Assembly: GCA_965205505.1 (NCBI GenBank)
Contig: CBDBHB010000009.1
Location: forward strand, 576,001-640,000
DNA: 64,000 nt
Reading direction: 5' to 3'
From: Acidobacteriota bacterium
Lineage (GTDB): Bacteria > Acidobacteriota > UBA890 > WLXD01
Position numbers and translations under genes: made by a program. Shown here piece after piece: positions 1 through 9,535 of this stretch. Within the stretch, counting starts at the first letter, position 1. Each line of letters opens with the position of its first letter. Below the pieces are notes generated by a model. The model ran no database searches. It saw nothing but the letters and a program-made list of their open reading frames with translations, and was not told the DNA's origin.

Positions 1-602
1 CTCGATTTGCCAGTGCCGCTGGCCCCGCCAATGTAGACGATCACCGGTCGAGGGAGCCGGTTGATGCGTCGGATCATTCGGTAGCGCAGCTTGGCCTTGA
101 CGCCGGCATGTTGCTCGAGCAGCACATCGACCCGGCGGGCGACCTCGGTGCTCGGCAAGCTGGACACGGACTCCTTGCGCAGCTGGGATTCGACTTGGGC
201 GGCGAGGCGATAGGCGCGCTCGGCCGTCACACCGCTTGCGTAGATCGTCTCGGCCAGGAGCCCCTTGGAAAAGGGATGGGTCTGCCCCTTGGTGATGACC
301 TCCATGCGCGGCTCGGCCTCGTCCGGTTCCGCCAGTTCGGAAATCACCTCAGGCCCCAACCGCTCCGCCAACGCGGATGCGATCAACACGCGCAGCTTGT
401 CCTTCCCGACCTCCTCCCGGTCCATGAGCGCGTCGCGGACATCACGCGCGGTCGCGTAGGCCTCATCGAACTCGACGCCCCGGCGCACCAGGTCGTGGGT
501 CACCATGCCGCGCAGGAAACGTGTGCGCGCGCCGGATGCCGAGACCACATGCAGCGATCCGGTTTGTTTCGCTGGCGACTCTTTGTCGGGCGGCTTGGCC
601 AT
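1..602 (-). CDS. pgk2: 2-phosphoglycerate kinase-like protein with two N-terminal ATP-cone domains (3' end runs off the window)
   Basis: Not in the ORF track because there is no stop in the window. Manual translation from ATG at 602: MAKPP...RFLRGMVTHDLVRRGVEFDEAYATARDV (cone 1)...HPFSKGLLAETIYASGVTAERAYRLA (cone 2)...RYRMIRRINRLPRPVIVYIGGASGTGKS (Walker A typical of the 2PGK family). Confidence 0.75.
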   Translation of the reverse strand, partial: MAKPPDKESPAKQTGSLHVVSASGARTRFLRGMVTHDLVRRGVEFDEAYATARDVRDALMDREEVGKDKLRVLIASALAERLGPEVISELAEPDEAEPRMEVITKGQTHPFSKGLLAETIYASGVTAERAYRLAAQVESQLRKESVSSLPSTEVARRVDVLLEQHAGVKAKLRYRMIRRINRLPRPVIVYIGGASGTGKS

Positions 603-740
603 GGGCGCGAGTGGCAGGGGCTCGAGGATCAACGGTGGCGACCCTGACAGAGTCGGTCTCTCTGTGGTCGCGAGTCGCGAACATGCGCTCATTGAGCCTA
701 TGTTCGATCACTCCACTGAGCAAACACGAGAACGCGCCCC

Positions 741-1109
741 TCAGATCGTTGGCGAGGCTCCGCTGCGCCCGATCGACCGGAACGCCATCGCAGCTACAAT
801 CAGACTCCCGAGGACCGCGGTGCCGGCAAGGCCTATGGCGTGTCCTAGATTCGTGTTGGCGGCGTCGATCCAGCTTTGGGTGTCGAGGTCCATTCCCGCC
901 CCTCCGGTCCAGCCGAGGATCATGAAGGTGGTGAATATCAGGCCGAGGCAGGTGAAGAAGCCCGGCAGGAAACGAGCCCATGGGAACTCGATCGGCGGCG
1001 GCATTTCGGCTTCCTCGCGTACCCTCTCCATCACTCGAGCGGTAAACTCGTCGGTAGGGTGCACTACCGGTTCGTTCGTGAGGATGCGGTCCAAGTCGTC
1101 CATGTTCAT
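741..1109 (-). CDS. Putative anti-sigma factor (small membrane protein)
   Basis: ATG overlaps the ECF sigma stop (ATGA) and follows a GGAGG RBS; N-terminal P..F...VM motif then two hydrophobic helices. Confidence 0.6.
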   Translation of the reverse strand: MNMDDLDRILTNEPVVHPTDEFTARVMERVREEAEMPPPIEFPWARFLPGFFTCLGLIFTTFMILGWTGGAGMDLDTQSWIDAANTNLGHAIGLAGTAVLGSLIVAAMAFRSIGRSGASPTI

Positions 1110-1645
1110 GCCTCCTCGGTTGCCAGCGATGGCCGGCACGTCATGCCAGCGAGCTTGTGTTGCAACAGCTTGCGGCCGCGAAACAGCCTCGCCTTCACCG
1201 TCCCCTCGCGCAGACGGGAAGTGCGTGCTGTCTCGGCCAGATCCATCTCATGAAAGTAGTAGAGGACGATCACGTCGCGATACTTCGGGGGCAATGTCGC
1301 TACGGCGCGCCGCACTGCGTCGGCGCGCAGGTCACTGTCCAACTCGATGTTGCGATCCCCAGCGATCAACGAGTCTAGCCCGTCGAGCGCCACGGCCGGC
1401 GGCAACCGCCGACGCATCGCGCTGCGGTACAGATTGAGGGCTACCGAGAACATCCAGGTCGAGAACCGTCCTTCTTGCCGCCATTGTGGCAGGCCCCCGA
1501 AGACCTGGAGAAACGCCTCCTGTGCCAACTCCTCTGCCTCTGCCTGATCCCGGCAGAAGCGGTACGCCATGTTGACGAGCGGCCCCTGCGAGCGCGTGAC
1601 GATACCCTCGAAAGCGTCGGTGTCGCCGGCTAGTACCCGTCGCAC
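1106..1645 (-). CDS. ECF RNA polymerase sigma-70 factor
   Basis: Region 2 (AEELAQEAFLQVF...FSTWMFSVALN) and region 4 (LPPKYRDVIVLYYFHEMDLAETA...GTVKARLFRGRKLL). Start uncertain. Confidence 0.92.
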   Translation of the reverse strand: MRRVLAGDTDAFEGIVTRSQGPLVNMAYRFCRDQAEAEELAQEAFLQVFGGLPQWRQEGRFSTWMFSVALNLYRSAMRRRLPPAVALDGLDSLIAGDRNIELDSDLRADAVRRAVATLPPKYRDVIVLYYFHEMDLAETARTSRLREGTVKARLFRGRKLLQHKLAGMTCRPSLATEEA

Positions 1646-1762
1646 GGTGCTGGCGTCGTCGTCATCGTTCTGCGCTGCTCGCCACGTGTCTATCCCAGTG
1701 GACCGCCCTCGCGCTCGCCAGACCCACGGTGGTGACCTCTCCCCGCCGGATACCGGACCGGC

Positions 1763-2203
1763 CTACTCGTCACCAGGCCGGGGGAAGGCACCAACTGGCG
1801 GCGCCGGCAGCGCCAGCTTCGGTGCGAACAGCAGCGCGTACGTCAGCATCGCCAGTCCGATGAACAGCGGAATGCTGCCGACCATCCACACGTCTGCGTC
1901 GTCGATGAATCGCAGCCCGAAGATCAGCCCCACCCCGACGCCCGAGAGGATAAAGCCTGTCGCCACCATGCCCTGCCGGCGTCGATGTTGTTCGGCCTCG
2001 TACTCGTACCGCATCAGATCCTGAACCTGCTGGGCATTCATTTCGCCAGCGTCGACAAGCTTCTTGCGAAACTCGTAGCGATAGTACGCCTCGCGCTCCT
2101 TGCGGCGCTGCTCGGCCCAACCAACGACCGCCAGGAAGCTGAACAGGGAGATCGCCCCGACGATCGGGATCATGAAGATCAGAGCCTGCGGGAACCAATC
2201 CAT
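1763..2203 (-). CDS. Small membrane protein, DUF6249-like, first gene of the ECF module
   Basis: Three predicted TM helices with a charged RRKERE linker; AGGAG RBS; directly upstream of the sigma gene. Confidence 0.65.
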   Translation of the reverse strand: MDWFPQALIFMIPIVGAISLFSFLAVVGWAEQRRKEREAYYRYEFRKKLVDAGEMNAQQVQDLMRYEYEAEQHRRRQGMVATGFILSGVGVGLIFGLRFIDDADVWMVGSIPLFIGLAMLTYALLFAPKLALPAPPVGAFPRPGDE

Positions 2204-2268
2204 CGTTCATTTCTCCTGTGCGGCGCCGCCAAATGGCGCGTCGGAAACTCTCGTCAATCTCATATTGT

Positions 2269-2298
2269 TTGACGACACTGCTGCTGCGACTGGTTGCA
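2269..2298 (-). promoter_or_regulatory. Putative ECF-sigma autoregulatory promoter
   Basis: Minus strand TGCAACC-N17-CGTCAA fits the AAC/CGTC pattern of ECF promoters, about 65 nt upstream of the module. Confidence 0.45.
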
Positions 2299-2396
2299 TT
2301 ATCTGACTCGTCCGTTCACCCTCGCGTCGCGGCGCCAACGGTATGCAGGTGGCGGTGGCCCCACGCCCGACGGCGCACGGGCCAATCTCGAGGTGG

Positions 2397-3704
2397 ATGA
2401 TGAGCGCGGAGCCCAACGACGCTGAACGTGGCCTGGTTCGTGCGATGGGCCGCTGGGACCTCACCGCGATGGGCATCAACCAGGTCATCGGCAGCGGCAT
2501 CTTCGTGCTTCCGGCGTCGGTAGCGATGCTCGTGGGCGTGCCCTCGAGCCCGTGGCCGTTTGTGCTTGCCGGCGTTGCCAACACGCTGATCGTGCTGTGC
2601 TTCGCAGAGGTATCGACGCGATTTCGCAATGCCGGCGGACCCTACTTGTATGCGCGCGAGGCGTTCGGGTCGTTCGCCGGTTTCGAGGTTGCGTGGATGC
2701 TCTGGCTCACGCGGCTGGCCTCGCTGGCGGCGCTTGCCAACGCGCTGGCACTCTATCTGGCCTACTTTCTCCCTGGCGCCTCGAGCGGCGGCGGCCGGGT
2801 CGCGGTGGTCACGGTGACCATCGGCGGGCTGGCGCTGATCAATTTTCTCGGAGTGCGCTACGGCTCATGGGCCGTGAATCTCTTCACGGTGAGCAAGCTA
2901 GTACCGCTGGTGGGCTTCGTGCTCGTCGGCGCGTTCTTCGTCGATCCCAGCCGGTTCTCCGGTTTTTCGATGTCGATCACTCCGGGCACAGGCGAAGCTG
3001 TCTTGCTGCTTATGTTCGCCTTTGGAGGCTACGAGCTTTCGACGTTGCCGGCCGGCGAAGCGCGAGCACCGAGACGCGATGTGCCGTTCGCATTGCTCAC
3101 CACGATTGCGGTCGTTTGCGCCATCTTCCTGGCCGTGCAAGTGGTTACCGTGGGAACGCTGGCCGACGTCGCTTCATCGGAGACACCGCTGGCAGACGCT
3201 GCTGCCAATTTCCTGGGGCCAGCCGCCGGGGTGCTGCTGGCGATCGGCGGGGTGATCTCGATCGCCGGATCGAACGCCGGTACGATGTTGGCGGGGCCGC
3301 GGGTAATGTATGCGATGGCCGACCGCGGCCAGCTGCCGCGGTTCCTGGCCCATATTCACGCGCGGTATCGGACGCCCGATGCCTCCATATGGCTCTATGC
3401 CGGGGTTGCCTGGGCACTGGCCGTGTCTGGGTCGTTCGAGCAGATGGCCAAGGTCAGCGCCGTGGCGCGCCTGATCTATTACGTGGCCACCTGCGCCTCG
3501 GTACCGGTTCTGCGCCGCCAGGGCGGCGACGTCGGAGGTTTTCGTCTTCCGGGTGGTGCGCTGGTGCCGGTGCTGGCGGTGTTGACGTCGATCGCCATCA
3601 TCCTCGGGGCGGATCGCATCTCGCTCGCGGCGGGGGCTGTCGCGTTGGGCGTCGGCGCGCTGCTGTATGCGGCATACGGTCGCACCGGGGCGGCAGGCGA
3701 GTAG
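2397..3704 (+). CDS. APC-family amino acid permease
   Basis: INQVIGSGIF (TM1), GGPYLYAREAFG, FAFGGYE (TM6) and about 12 TM segments. Confidence 0.92.
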   Translation: MMSAEPNDAERGLVRAMGRWDLTAMGINQVIGSGIFVLPASVAMLVGVPSSPWPFVLAGVANTLIVLCFAEVSTRFRNAGGPYLYAREAFGSFAGFEVAWMLWLTRLASLAALANALALYLAYFLPGASSGGGRVAVVTVTIGGLALINFLGVRYGSWAVNLFTVSKLVPLVGFVLVGAFFVDPSRFSGFSMSITPGTGEAVLLLMFAFGGYELSTLPAGEARAPRRDVPFALLTTIAVVCAIFLAVQVVTVGTLADVASSETPLADAAANFLGPAAGVLLAIGGVISIAGSNAGTMLAGPRVMYAMADRGQLPRFLAHIHARYRTPDASIWLYAGVAWALAVSGSFEQMAKVSAVARLIYYVATCASVPVLRRQGGDVGGFRLPGGALVPVLAVLTSIAIILGADRISLAAGAVALGVGALLYAAYGRTGAAGE

Positions 3705-3729
3705 CGCGAGTACAAACCGCCTTCACCTG

Positions 3730-5391
3730 CTAGAGATCAAACCGTCGTTGGTGTCGTAGCACCGCGCCGGGTCGGCCCGGAAGGCGCGTTCCGTCGCGGA
3801 CGACCAGCGTCCCGTTGACCAGCACCGCATGAATACCTGCCGGTTTGTGGTCTGGCTCCATCCAGGTGCGGCGCTCGCCGATCTGTCCGGGCTCGAACAA
3901 CACGATGTCCGCGGCGTAGCCCGGCGCCAACCGACCACGATCGGCCAGTCGCAGGCGCTCAGCAGGCAGCGAAGTTGCCTTTCTGATGCCCTCCGACAGA
4001 TCGAACCAACCTTCATCACGCGAGTAGTGTCCGAGCATTCGAGGGATCGCGCCATAGCCACCGGGGTGCGCCACACCCTCGCCCTTGAGGATCACGTCCA
4101 CTCCCACGGCATGATGCGGGTGGACCAGAAGCTGACGCAGAACATCGTCGTCGTCGGGGGTGCCGCTGATTCCATGGTAGCGGGCCATCACATCGCCGCC
4201 GGAGGCGACGGTGATCTCGGCGGCGCATTCAAACGGCGTCGACCGCCGGCGTCGGGCGATGTCGCTCAAGCTGCGTCCGAGCCAGCCGCTATGGGAGTCG
4301 GACGAGGCCTGCAAGAGCACGATGTTGTCCCAGCCTGTGGCGCCCACGAGGTTGTGCGCCCAGCCGTCGTCCCAGGGCGGCCAACTAGGCACACGCGTGT
4401 TGATGTCGTCGGCGACCCGGCGGCGGTACGCACCGCTGCTCAGTCTCTCGCATAGCTTCGGAACACCTTCGGCCAGCGTCCAGGGAGGATAGATCGCCAT
4501 CAGCGTGGTGTTGACGGCGTGGTAGGGGATCACATCAGATGCCACGTCGATGCCGTTTCGTCGCGCCGCATCTTCGAGCCGTATGGTCTCGCGGGTCAGA
4601 TGCCAGTGGCCTGGTCCGAACGCTTCATGGTGAGAGTGCTGCAGTCGCACTCCGGTGCGTCGACCGATCTCTAGAAGCTCGCGCTCGGCATTGATTGCGA
4701 GTTCGCTGGAGCCGCGTACATGACAGGCGAACAGTCCGTCGACGGCGGCCACCGGCGCACACAACGCCACGATCTCGTCGGTGTCTGCCCACATGCCGGG
4801 TGGGTAGATGAGGCCGGCGCTGAGACCGAAGGCGCCCGCATCGAGAGCTTCCTGAACCAGGGCTGACATGGCCGCGAGCTCGTTGTCGCGGGCCACCCCC
4901 GGCTCGTTGCCCTTCACCGCACAGCGGATGGCGCCGTGGGCCGCCAGCGCGGCGATGTTCAGCGGTGGGCCAACCGTCTCGAGGCGATGTAAGTATTCGG
5001 CAAAGCTCTCCCAGGCGAGCTCGGTTCCGCGTGGAACGATGAGCGCCATGAACGCCGTTAGGGCGTCGCGGTGGGCCGCGGGTGCCGGCGCAACGCCGAG
5101 CCCGCAGTTGCCGATCACCTGAGTCGTAATTCCCTGCTGGAGGAACGGACCGAGTAGGTCCGGCGCTTCCGGGTGAGTCAGCGCTGCATCGGAATGACCG
5201 TGGATGTCGATAAAGCCTGGGCACACCGCCAGGCCATCGGCGTCGAGCGCCGCCGCCGCCGGCGCGCTACCTGGTGGGTGGAGCGCAGCGATGCGTCCTG
5301 ATTCGATGACTATGTCGCCACGGCGCGGCGGACCACCCGACCCGTCGTAGATGACCGCATTGCGGATCGCTCGAACGTCGGTCGACGTCAT
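3730..5391 (-). CDS. N-acyl-D-amino-acid deacylase (D-aminoacylase, amidohydrolase family)
   Basis: PGFIDIHGHSD, GITTQVIGNCG, GLSAGLIYPPG, HPGGYG, RGRLAPGYAADIVLF motifs. Confidence 0.9.
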   Translation of the reverse strand: MTSTDVRAIRNAVIYDGSGGPPRRGDIVIESGRIAALHPPGSAPAAAALDADGLAVCPGFIDIHGHSDAALTHPEAPDLLGPFLQQGITTQVIGNCGLGVAPAPAAHRDALTAFMALIVPRGTELAWESFAEYLHRLETVGPPLNIAALAAHGAIRCAVKGNEPGVARDNELAAMSALVQEALDAGAFGLSAGLIYPPGMWADTDEIVALCAPVAAVDGLFACHVRGSSELAINAERELLEIGRRTGVRLQHSHHEAFGPGHWHLTRETIRLEDAARRNGIDVASDVIPYHAVNTTLMAIYPPWTLAEGVPKLCERLSSGAYRRRVADDINTRVPSWPPWDDGWAHNLVGATGWDNIVLLQASSDSHSGWLGRSLSDIARRRRSTPFECAAEITVASGGDVMARYHGISGTPDDDDVLRQLLVHPHHAVGVDVILKGEGVAHPGGYGAIPRMLGHYSRDEGWFDLSEGIRKATSLPAERLRLADRGRLAPGYAADIVLFEPGQIGERRTWMEPDHKPAGIHAVLVNGTLVVRDGTRLPGRPGAVLRHQRRFDL

Positions 5392-5469
5392 CGTCTACTC
5401 CAGGGTGCTTGCAGGCTCCGCATGGGCGCGCTTCTCCGACTCCGGGCACAGCTCACCTGCCCATGGTAT

Positions 5470-5656
5470 AAGCGTAGACAGTTCGACCTTGTGTCGGGAA
5501 GCGGGTGCGAATCCCGCGCTGCCGCGCAACTGTGATCGGGGACGAAAGCCGCCCGAGGAGCGGCCGCGTCGTGCGGTCGGCTCCGGAACGCCACTGGTAG
5601 CACCGGGAAGGTGGCGGTGAGTAGGACGATCCGAGAGCCAGGAAACCGAACCGGCC
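5470..5656 (+). ncRNA. Cobalamin (AdoCbl) riboswitch
   Basis: GGGAA-GCGGGTGCGAATCCCGC-GCTGCCGCGCAACTGTGA...GCCACTG...GGGAAGG...AGCCAGGAAACC B12-box motifs directly upstream of a btu-type ABC operon. Boundaries approximate. Confidence 0.9.
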
Positions 5657-5688
5657 ACCGGCCGGCCCTCGCGGGAAGGGATACCACG

Positions 5689-6483
5689 ATGGCGGAGGCA
5701 CGTCTGTCTAGACGGACCGCGGACCTTACCGCGAGTCGACCCGGTGTATCGCTGCGTGCCGACGGCCTCGTGTTCGGCTTCGATCGCCCCTTGCTGTGCG
5801 GCGTCGATCTCCGGGTCTCGGGCGGCGAGTGCGTCGCCCTGCTCGGCGCCAACGGTGCCGGAAAGACCACCTTGCTGCGACTTCTGGGAGGACTGATCGA
5901 GCCACAAGCCGGACAGGTCGAGGTCGACGGCATCGCGTCCCCGCTCCTGTCGCACGAGCAACGGGCCCAGCGCATCGGCTACTTGCCGCAGCGTATCCCG
6001 GTGGCGACCGGATTCGCTGTATACGAGATGGTGCTGATGGGGATGTACGCCCTGCTACCGGCGCGCGGCTGGGAGAGCCAGCGCGAGTGGTTGGCAGTAG
6101 GACGCGCGCTGCATCGGGTGGGGGCCCGACGCCTGATACGGCGTCCGTTCGACGAGCTTAGCGGCGGCGAGCAGCGCCGCGTGCTGCTTGCCCGTGCCTT
6201 GGTGGCACGACCGGCGCTGTTGCTGCTCGACGAGCCGCTCGCTGCCCTCGATCCGGGATTCGTCCTCGAGTTGACCGCGACGCTCGCCACCCTGAAGTCG
6301 TCGGGCGTGGGCATGGTGATCTCCACTCATCGGCTCTCGCTGGTGCGTCAGCTCGCCGACCGCGTGGTCGTGCTCCGTCGCGGCGAGGTTTTGGCGGCGG
6401 GGACCCCGAGTGCGACGCTGAGCCCCGTTCTGCTCGACGAAGCGTATGGTACCGACGCGTTTTCCCGTGCGGATGCCGGATGA
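5689..6483 (+). CDS. btuD: Cobalamin ABC transporter ATP-binding protein
   Basis: GANGAGKTT, LSGGEQRR, LLLLDEP; first gene after the riboswitch. Confidence 0.85.
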   Translation: MAEARLSRRTADLTASRPGVSLRADGLVFGFDRPLLCGVDLRVSGGECVALLGANGAGKTTLLRLLGGLIEPQAGQVEVDGIASPLLSHEQRAQRIGYLPQRIPVATGFAVYEMVLMGMYALLPARGWESQREWLAVGRALHRVGARRLIRRPFDELSGGEQRRVLLARALVARPALLLLDEPLAALDPGFVLELTATLATLKSSGVGMVISTHRLSLVRQLADRVVVLRRGEVLAAGTPSATLSPVLLDEAYGTDAFSRADAG

Positions 6484-7502
6484 GGCATCGTACATTGTTA
6501 CCGCGGCGTCGACGCTCGATGCTATTGGCGGGCAGCGGGGCGGCGTTGGCGATCGCCTTGTTGCTCGCCCCGACGGTGGGTTCCACGTCGGTGAGCCTGC
6601 AGCGCGTGTGGGCCGATCCGTTCAGCTGGGCCGACAACCCCGATGCGGCGGTGTTCTTCGTGGCACGACTGCCACGAGTACTACTGGCGTGCATGGTTGG
6701 AGGAACGCTGGCTCTCGCCGGAGCAACGTTCCAGTCGCTACTACGCAACCCGCTTGCCAGCCCCTACACACTCGGTGTCACTGCCGGTGCGACGCTGGCC
6801 GCATTCTTGGCCATTCGCTTCTCTCCAGTGCCCGCGTTCGCGGAGTTTTCAGTGCCGCTGATGGCGTTGGCGGGCGCCCTGGTAACCACCGGGCTGCTGC
6901 TGTTGCTGACGTCGCGGCGCGGCGATCTGCCTCCAACCGTACTGTTGCTCGCCGGTGTGACGCTCAATTTCACGATCAGCGCCGGGGTCCTTTTATTGCA
7001 GTACTTCTCGGATCACGCCGAGACGGCGCGCATGATCCGGTACCTGATGGGAGATCTGGACGCTGCCACGTACCGCATGCTGCTGCTGCTGGCGGTGGTG
7101 AGCCTGCCGGGTTGGTTGGCGCTGCTACGCGCCGGTCGCACGCTGAACCTACTGAGCCTCGGTCCCGACGAGGCGCGTGCGCAGGGAGTCAACGCCTCGG
7201 CGGCGACGCGCAGCGGCTTGCTGTGGGCATCGTGGGTCACCGGCCTGGCGGTGGCAGTGGCGGGGCCGGTGGGTTTCGTCGGGATCCTCGTGCCGCACGC
7301 CGTACGGCTGCTCGGAGGGTACGACTATCGCATCGTGTTGCCGGCCTCGATGCTCGGCGGCGCTGCGTTCCTGATCGCGTGTGACACTGCCGCCCGCCTA
7401 CTCCTGGCGCCGGTGGAGCTGCCCGTGGGCATCCTCACTGCGTCCCTCGGTGGGCCCTTCTTTCTGATGCTGCTGCTGAGCCGGAGGATCCGCTATGCGT
7501 AG
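6480..7502 (+). CDS. btuC: Cobalamin ABC transporter permease (FecCD/BtuC family)
   Basis: RLPRVLLA, FQSLLRNPLASPYTLG, GPVGFVGILVPH, ELPVGILT..GGPFF. Confidence 0.88.
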   Translation: MRHRTLLPRRRRSMLLAGSGAALAIALLLAPTVGSTSVSLQRVWADPFSWADNPDAAVFFVARLPRVLLACMVGGTLALAGATFQSLLRNPLASPYTLGVTAGATLAAFLAIRFSPVPAFAEFSVPLMALAGALVTTGLLLLLTSRRGDLPPTVLLLAGVTLNFTISAGVLLLQYFSDHAETARMIRYLMGDLDAATYRMLLLLAVVSLPGWLALLRAGRTLNLLSLGPDEARAQGVNASAATRSGLLWASWVTGLAVAVAGPVGFVGILVPHAVRLLGGYDYRIVLPASMLGGAAFLIACDTAARLLLAPVELPVGILTASLGGPFFLMLLLSRRIRYA

Positions 7503-8349
7503 GGGCAGTGCCTTCCGGTGGTTGGGGCTGCTCGGTGTCATCCCGCCGCTGTTCGCAGCGTCTTTGGAGTTGCAGGGGCCAGCTCAGCGGATTGTCTCTT
7601 TGGTGCCGGGGGCCACCGAGGTACTGTTCGCGATCGGCGCCGGCGAGCGCGTCGCCGGCGTGAGCAGCTTCGACCACTGGCCTGCCGAGGTCGAGCGGCT
7701 TCCCCGCGTAGGGGGCCTGATCGACCCGGATCTGGAGGCGATTCTGACGCTGCGCCCCGATCTGGCGATCATCGATCCGTCGCAGGGCTCGCTGCGGCGT
7801 CAGCTGGCAGGGAGCGGCATCGCTACGTACGAATACGCCACCGCCGATGTGGCTGATCTGTTGCGCAACATGCGGGCGATTGGAGACTTGCTCGGCCTCT
7901 CAAACCGAGCAGCGCAGTCTGCAGACAGGCTGCGCGCCGACCTCGACGCTGTTCGCGCCCGCTACGCTTCCGACGATCCGCCGAGCGTCCTGATGGTCTT
8001 CGGCCGGCGCGATGGTAGCTTCGCCGAGCTGTGGGTAAACGGCGGCATCGGTTTTCTCGAGGAGCTCACCGCCATCGCCGGCGGGCGCAACGTCTTCGGC
8101 GATGTGGAGCGTCCAGGGTTCAAGGCAGGGCTCGAGGCGGTCATCGCGCGTGTTCCCGACGTCGTCGTGGAGCTTCGCACCGACGGACAGGATGCCGTGC
8201 CGACGGCGATGCTCGAGATGGAGTGGCGAACCTTGCCGGGGTTCGCGAACGTCCGGGTGGTGACGCTCGCCGCAGGCTGGATGCTGGTACCGGGTCCGCG
8301 CGTTGCCGAAGCCGCACAGGTGCTGGGCGAGCGGTTGCACCGGCGTTGA
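7495..8349 (+). CDS. btuF: Cobalamin-binding periplasmic protein
   Basis: RIVSLVPGATEVLFAIG, DLEAILTLRPDL, PGPR motifs; signal-peptide-like N-terminus. Confidence 0.85.
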   Translation: MRRGSAFRWLGLLGVIPPLFAASLELQGPAQRIVSLVPGATEVLFAIGAGERVAGVSSFDHWPAEVERLPRVGGLIDPDLEAILTLRPDLAIIDPSQGSLRRQLAGSGIATYEYATADVADLLRNMRAIGDLLGLSNRAAQSADRLRADLDAVRARYASDDPPSVLMVFGRRDGSFAELWVNGGIGFLEELTAIAGGRNVFGDVERPGFKAGLEAVIARVPDVVVELRTDGQDAVPTAMLEMEWRTLPGFANVRVVTLAAGWMLVPGPRVAEAAQVLGERLHRR

Positions 8350-8384
8350 CGGACGTCAGCCACCCGGCGCGAGCGGCGACTCGT

Positions 8385-9413
8385 CTACCGCGCCGCCGCA
8401 ATGCGCTGACGAGCCCTGCGTTCCGCCAGACGGGTCGTTGACTCACCGCTGGCAAGCGATTCCTGCAACAGCTCGCGCGTCGTGTCCGCGAGCCCCTCGA
8501 GCAACGCTTCCTGGTCGCTACGTCCGTGGAAATCGCAGACCCCCAAGATCACCGCCCCCGACGAGGAAACGACGTCTGGCACGAACAGGATCTCGCGCTC
8601 CTTGAACACCGCCTCCACCGCTGGCGCCGCGAGGATGTTGTTGGCGGCACCGCACACTGCCCAGGCGCGCAGCTCTCCTGCCGCCGCGCTTGTCAGCAGG
8701 CCGCCGTCGGCGCAGGGAGCGAGAAGATCGATGTCGGCTCGCAAGAGCTCAGCCGCCGGTACGACGGTTCCTCCCACGGCCTCGGCGGTTTTCTTTGCGG
8801 CGTGCTCGTCGAGGTCGGCGATCACCAGCCGCGCTCCGGCAGCAGCGAATACCCGCGCCACCGCGTCGCCGATGCTGCCGCACCCCTGAACGCCGATGCG
8901 CAGTCCCGTCAGACCGGGGCGTCCGGCGATCTCCACGCAGGCGCTTGCGCAGCCCACGACTCCTCGGGCAACCATGACCGCCATATCCGTCTCGTCGGTG
9001 CGTACCCAGCGGCTCCGCGAGGCCATGATCTCTAGGTCGGCGCGCGATGTACCGAGGTCGCCGGCGGTCATGAACCTGCCGCCCATGTCCTCAACCCGCT
9101 GGCCCAGTATCGAGAAAGCCGCTGCTCGATCGAGCTCGGGGCGGTCCATCACCACCATCTTGGCGCCGCCGGCGTCGACCCCCGCGAGGGCGCATTTCAG
9201 GGTCATGGCGCGCGCCAGGCGTCGGGCATCGCCGGCCGCGTCCGCTGCCGATTCGTAGCTCCAGGTTCGTGTGCCGCCGGCGGCCGGGCCGAGCGTCGTG
9301 TCGTCGATCACCAGAAAAGCGCGCAGCCCCGAGCTCGCGTCGGTAAAGATCGTCAGCTGTTGCGCTCCGGTGTCTTCGAGTTGTGACAGCAGCGATTCTA
9401 TTTCTGCGCTCAT
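8385..9413 (-). CDS. Glu/Leu/Phe/Val dehydrogenase family protein
   Basis: DTTLGPAAGGTR, LARAMTLK, GGAK, QGCGSIG, CGAANN motifs. Start set at MSAEIES. Confidence 0.88.
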   Translation of the reverse strand: MSAEIESLLSQLEDTGAQQLTIFTDASSGLRAFLVIDDTTLGPAAGGTRTWSYESAADAAGDARRLARAMTLKCALAGVDAGGAKMVVMDRPELDRAAAFSILGQRVEDMGGRFMTAGDLGTSRADLEIMASRSRWVRTDETDMAVMVARGVVGCASACVEIAGRPGLTGLRIGVQGCGSIGDAVARVFAAAGARLVIADLDEHAAKKTAEAVGGTVVPAAELLRADIDLLAPCADGGLLTSAAAGELRAWAVCGAANNILAAPAVEAVFKEREILFVPDVVSSSGAVILGVCDFHGRSDQEALLEGLADTTRELLQESLASGESTTRLAERRARQRIAAAR

Positions 9414-9535
9414 GGCCGATGCCCCCGGCGACCCCAAGACCCGAGCCTGCCCCACCCACATCGCTCCGCTGTATGCTACCGTGCGCCGTCGTTCGAGAGA
9501 GATTCCGATGTTCGCCGTGGACAGGAGGACGTGCC

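Noticed and set aside
108-1437. Long plus-strand ORFs 108-647 and 505-1437
   Set aside because: Antisense shadows of the 2PGK, anti-sigma and sigma genes, common in high-GC DNA.
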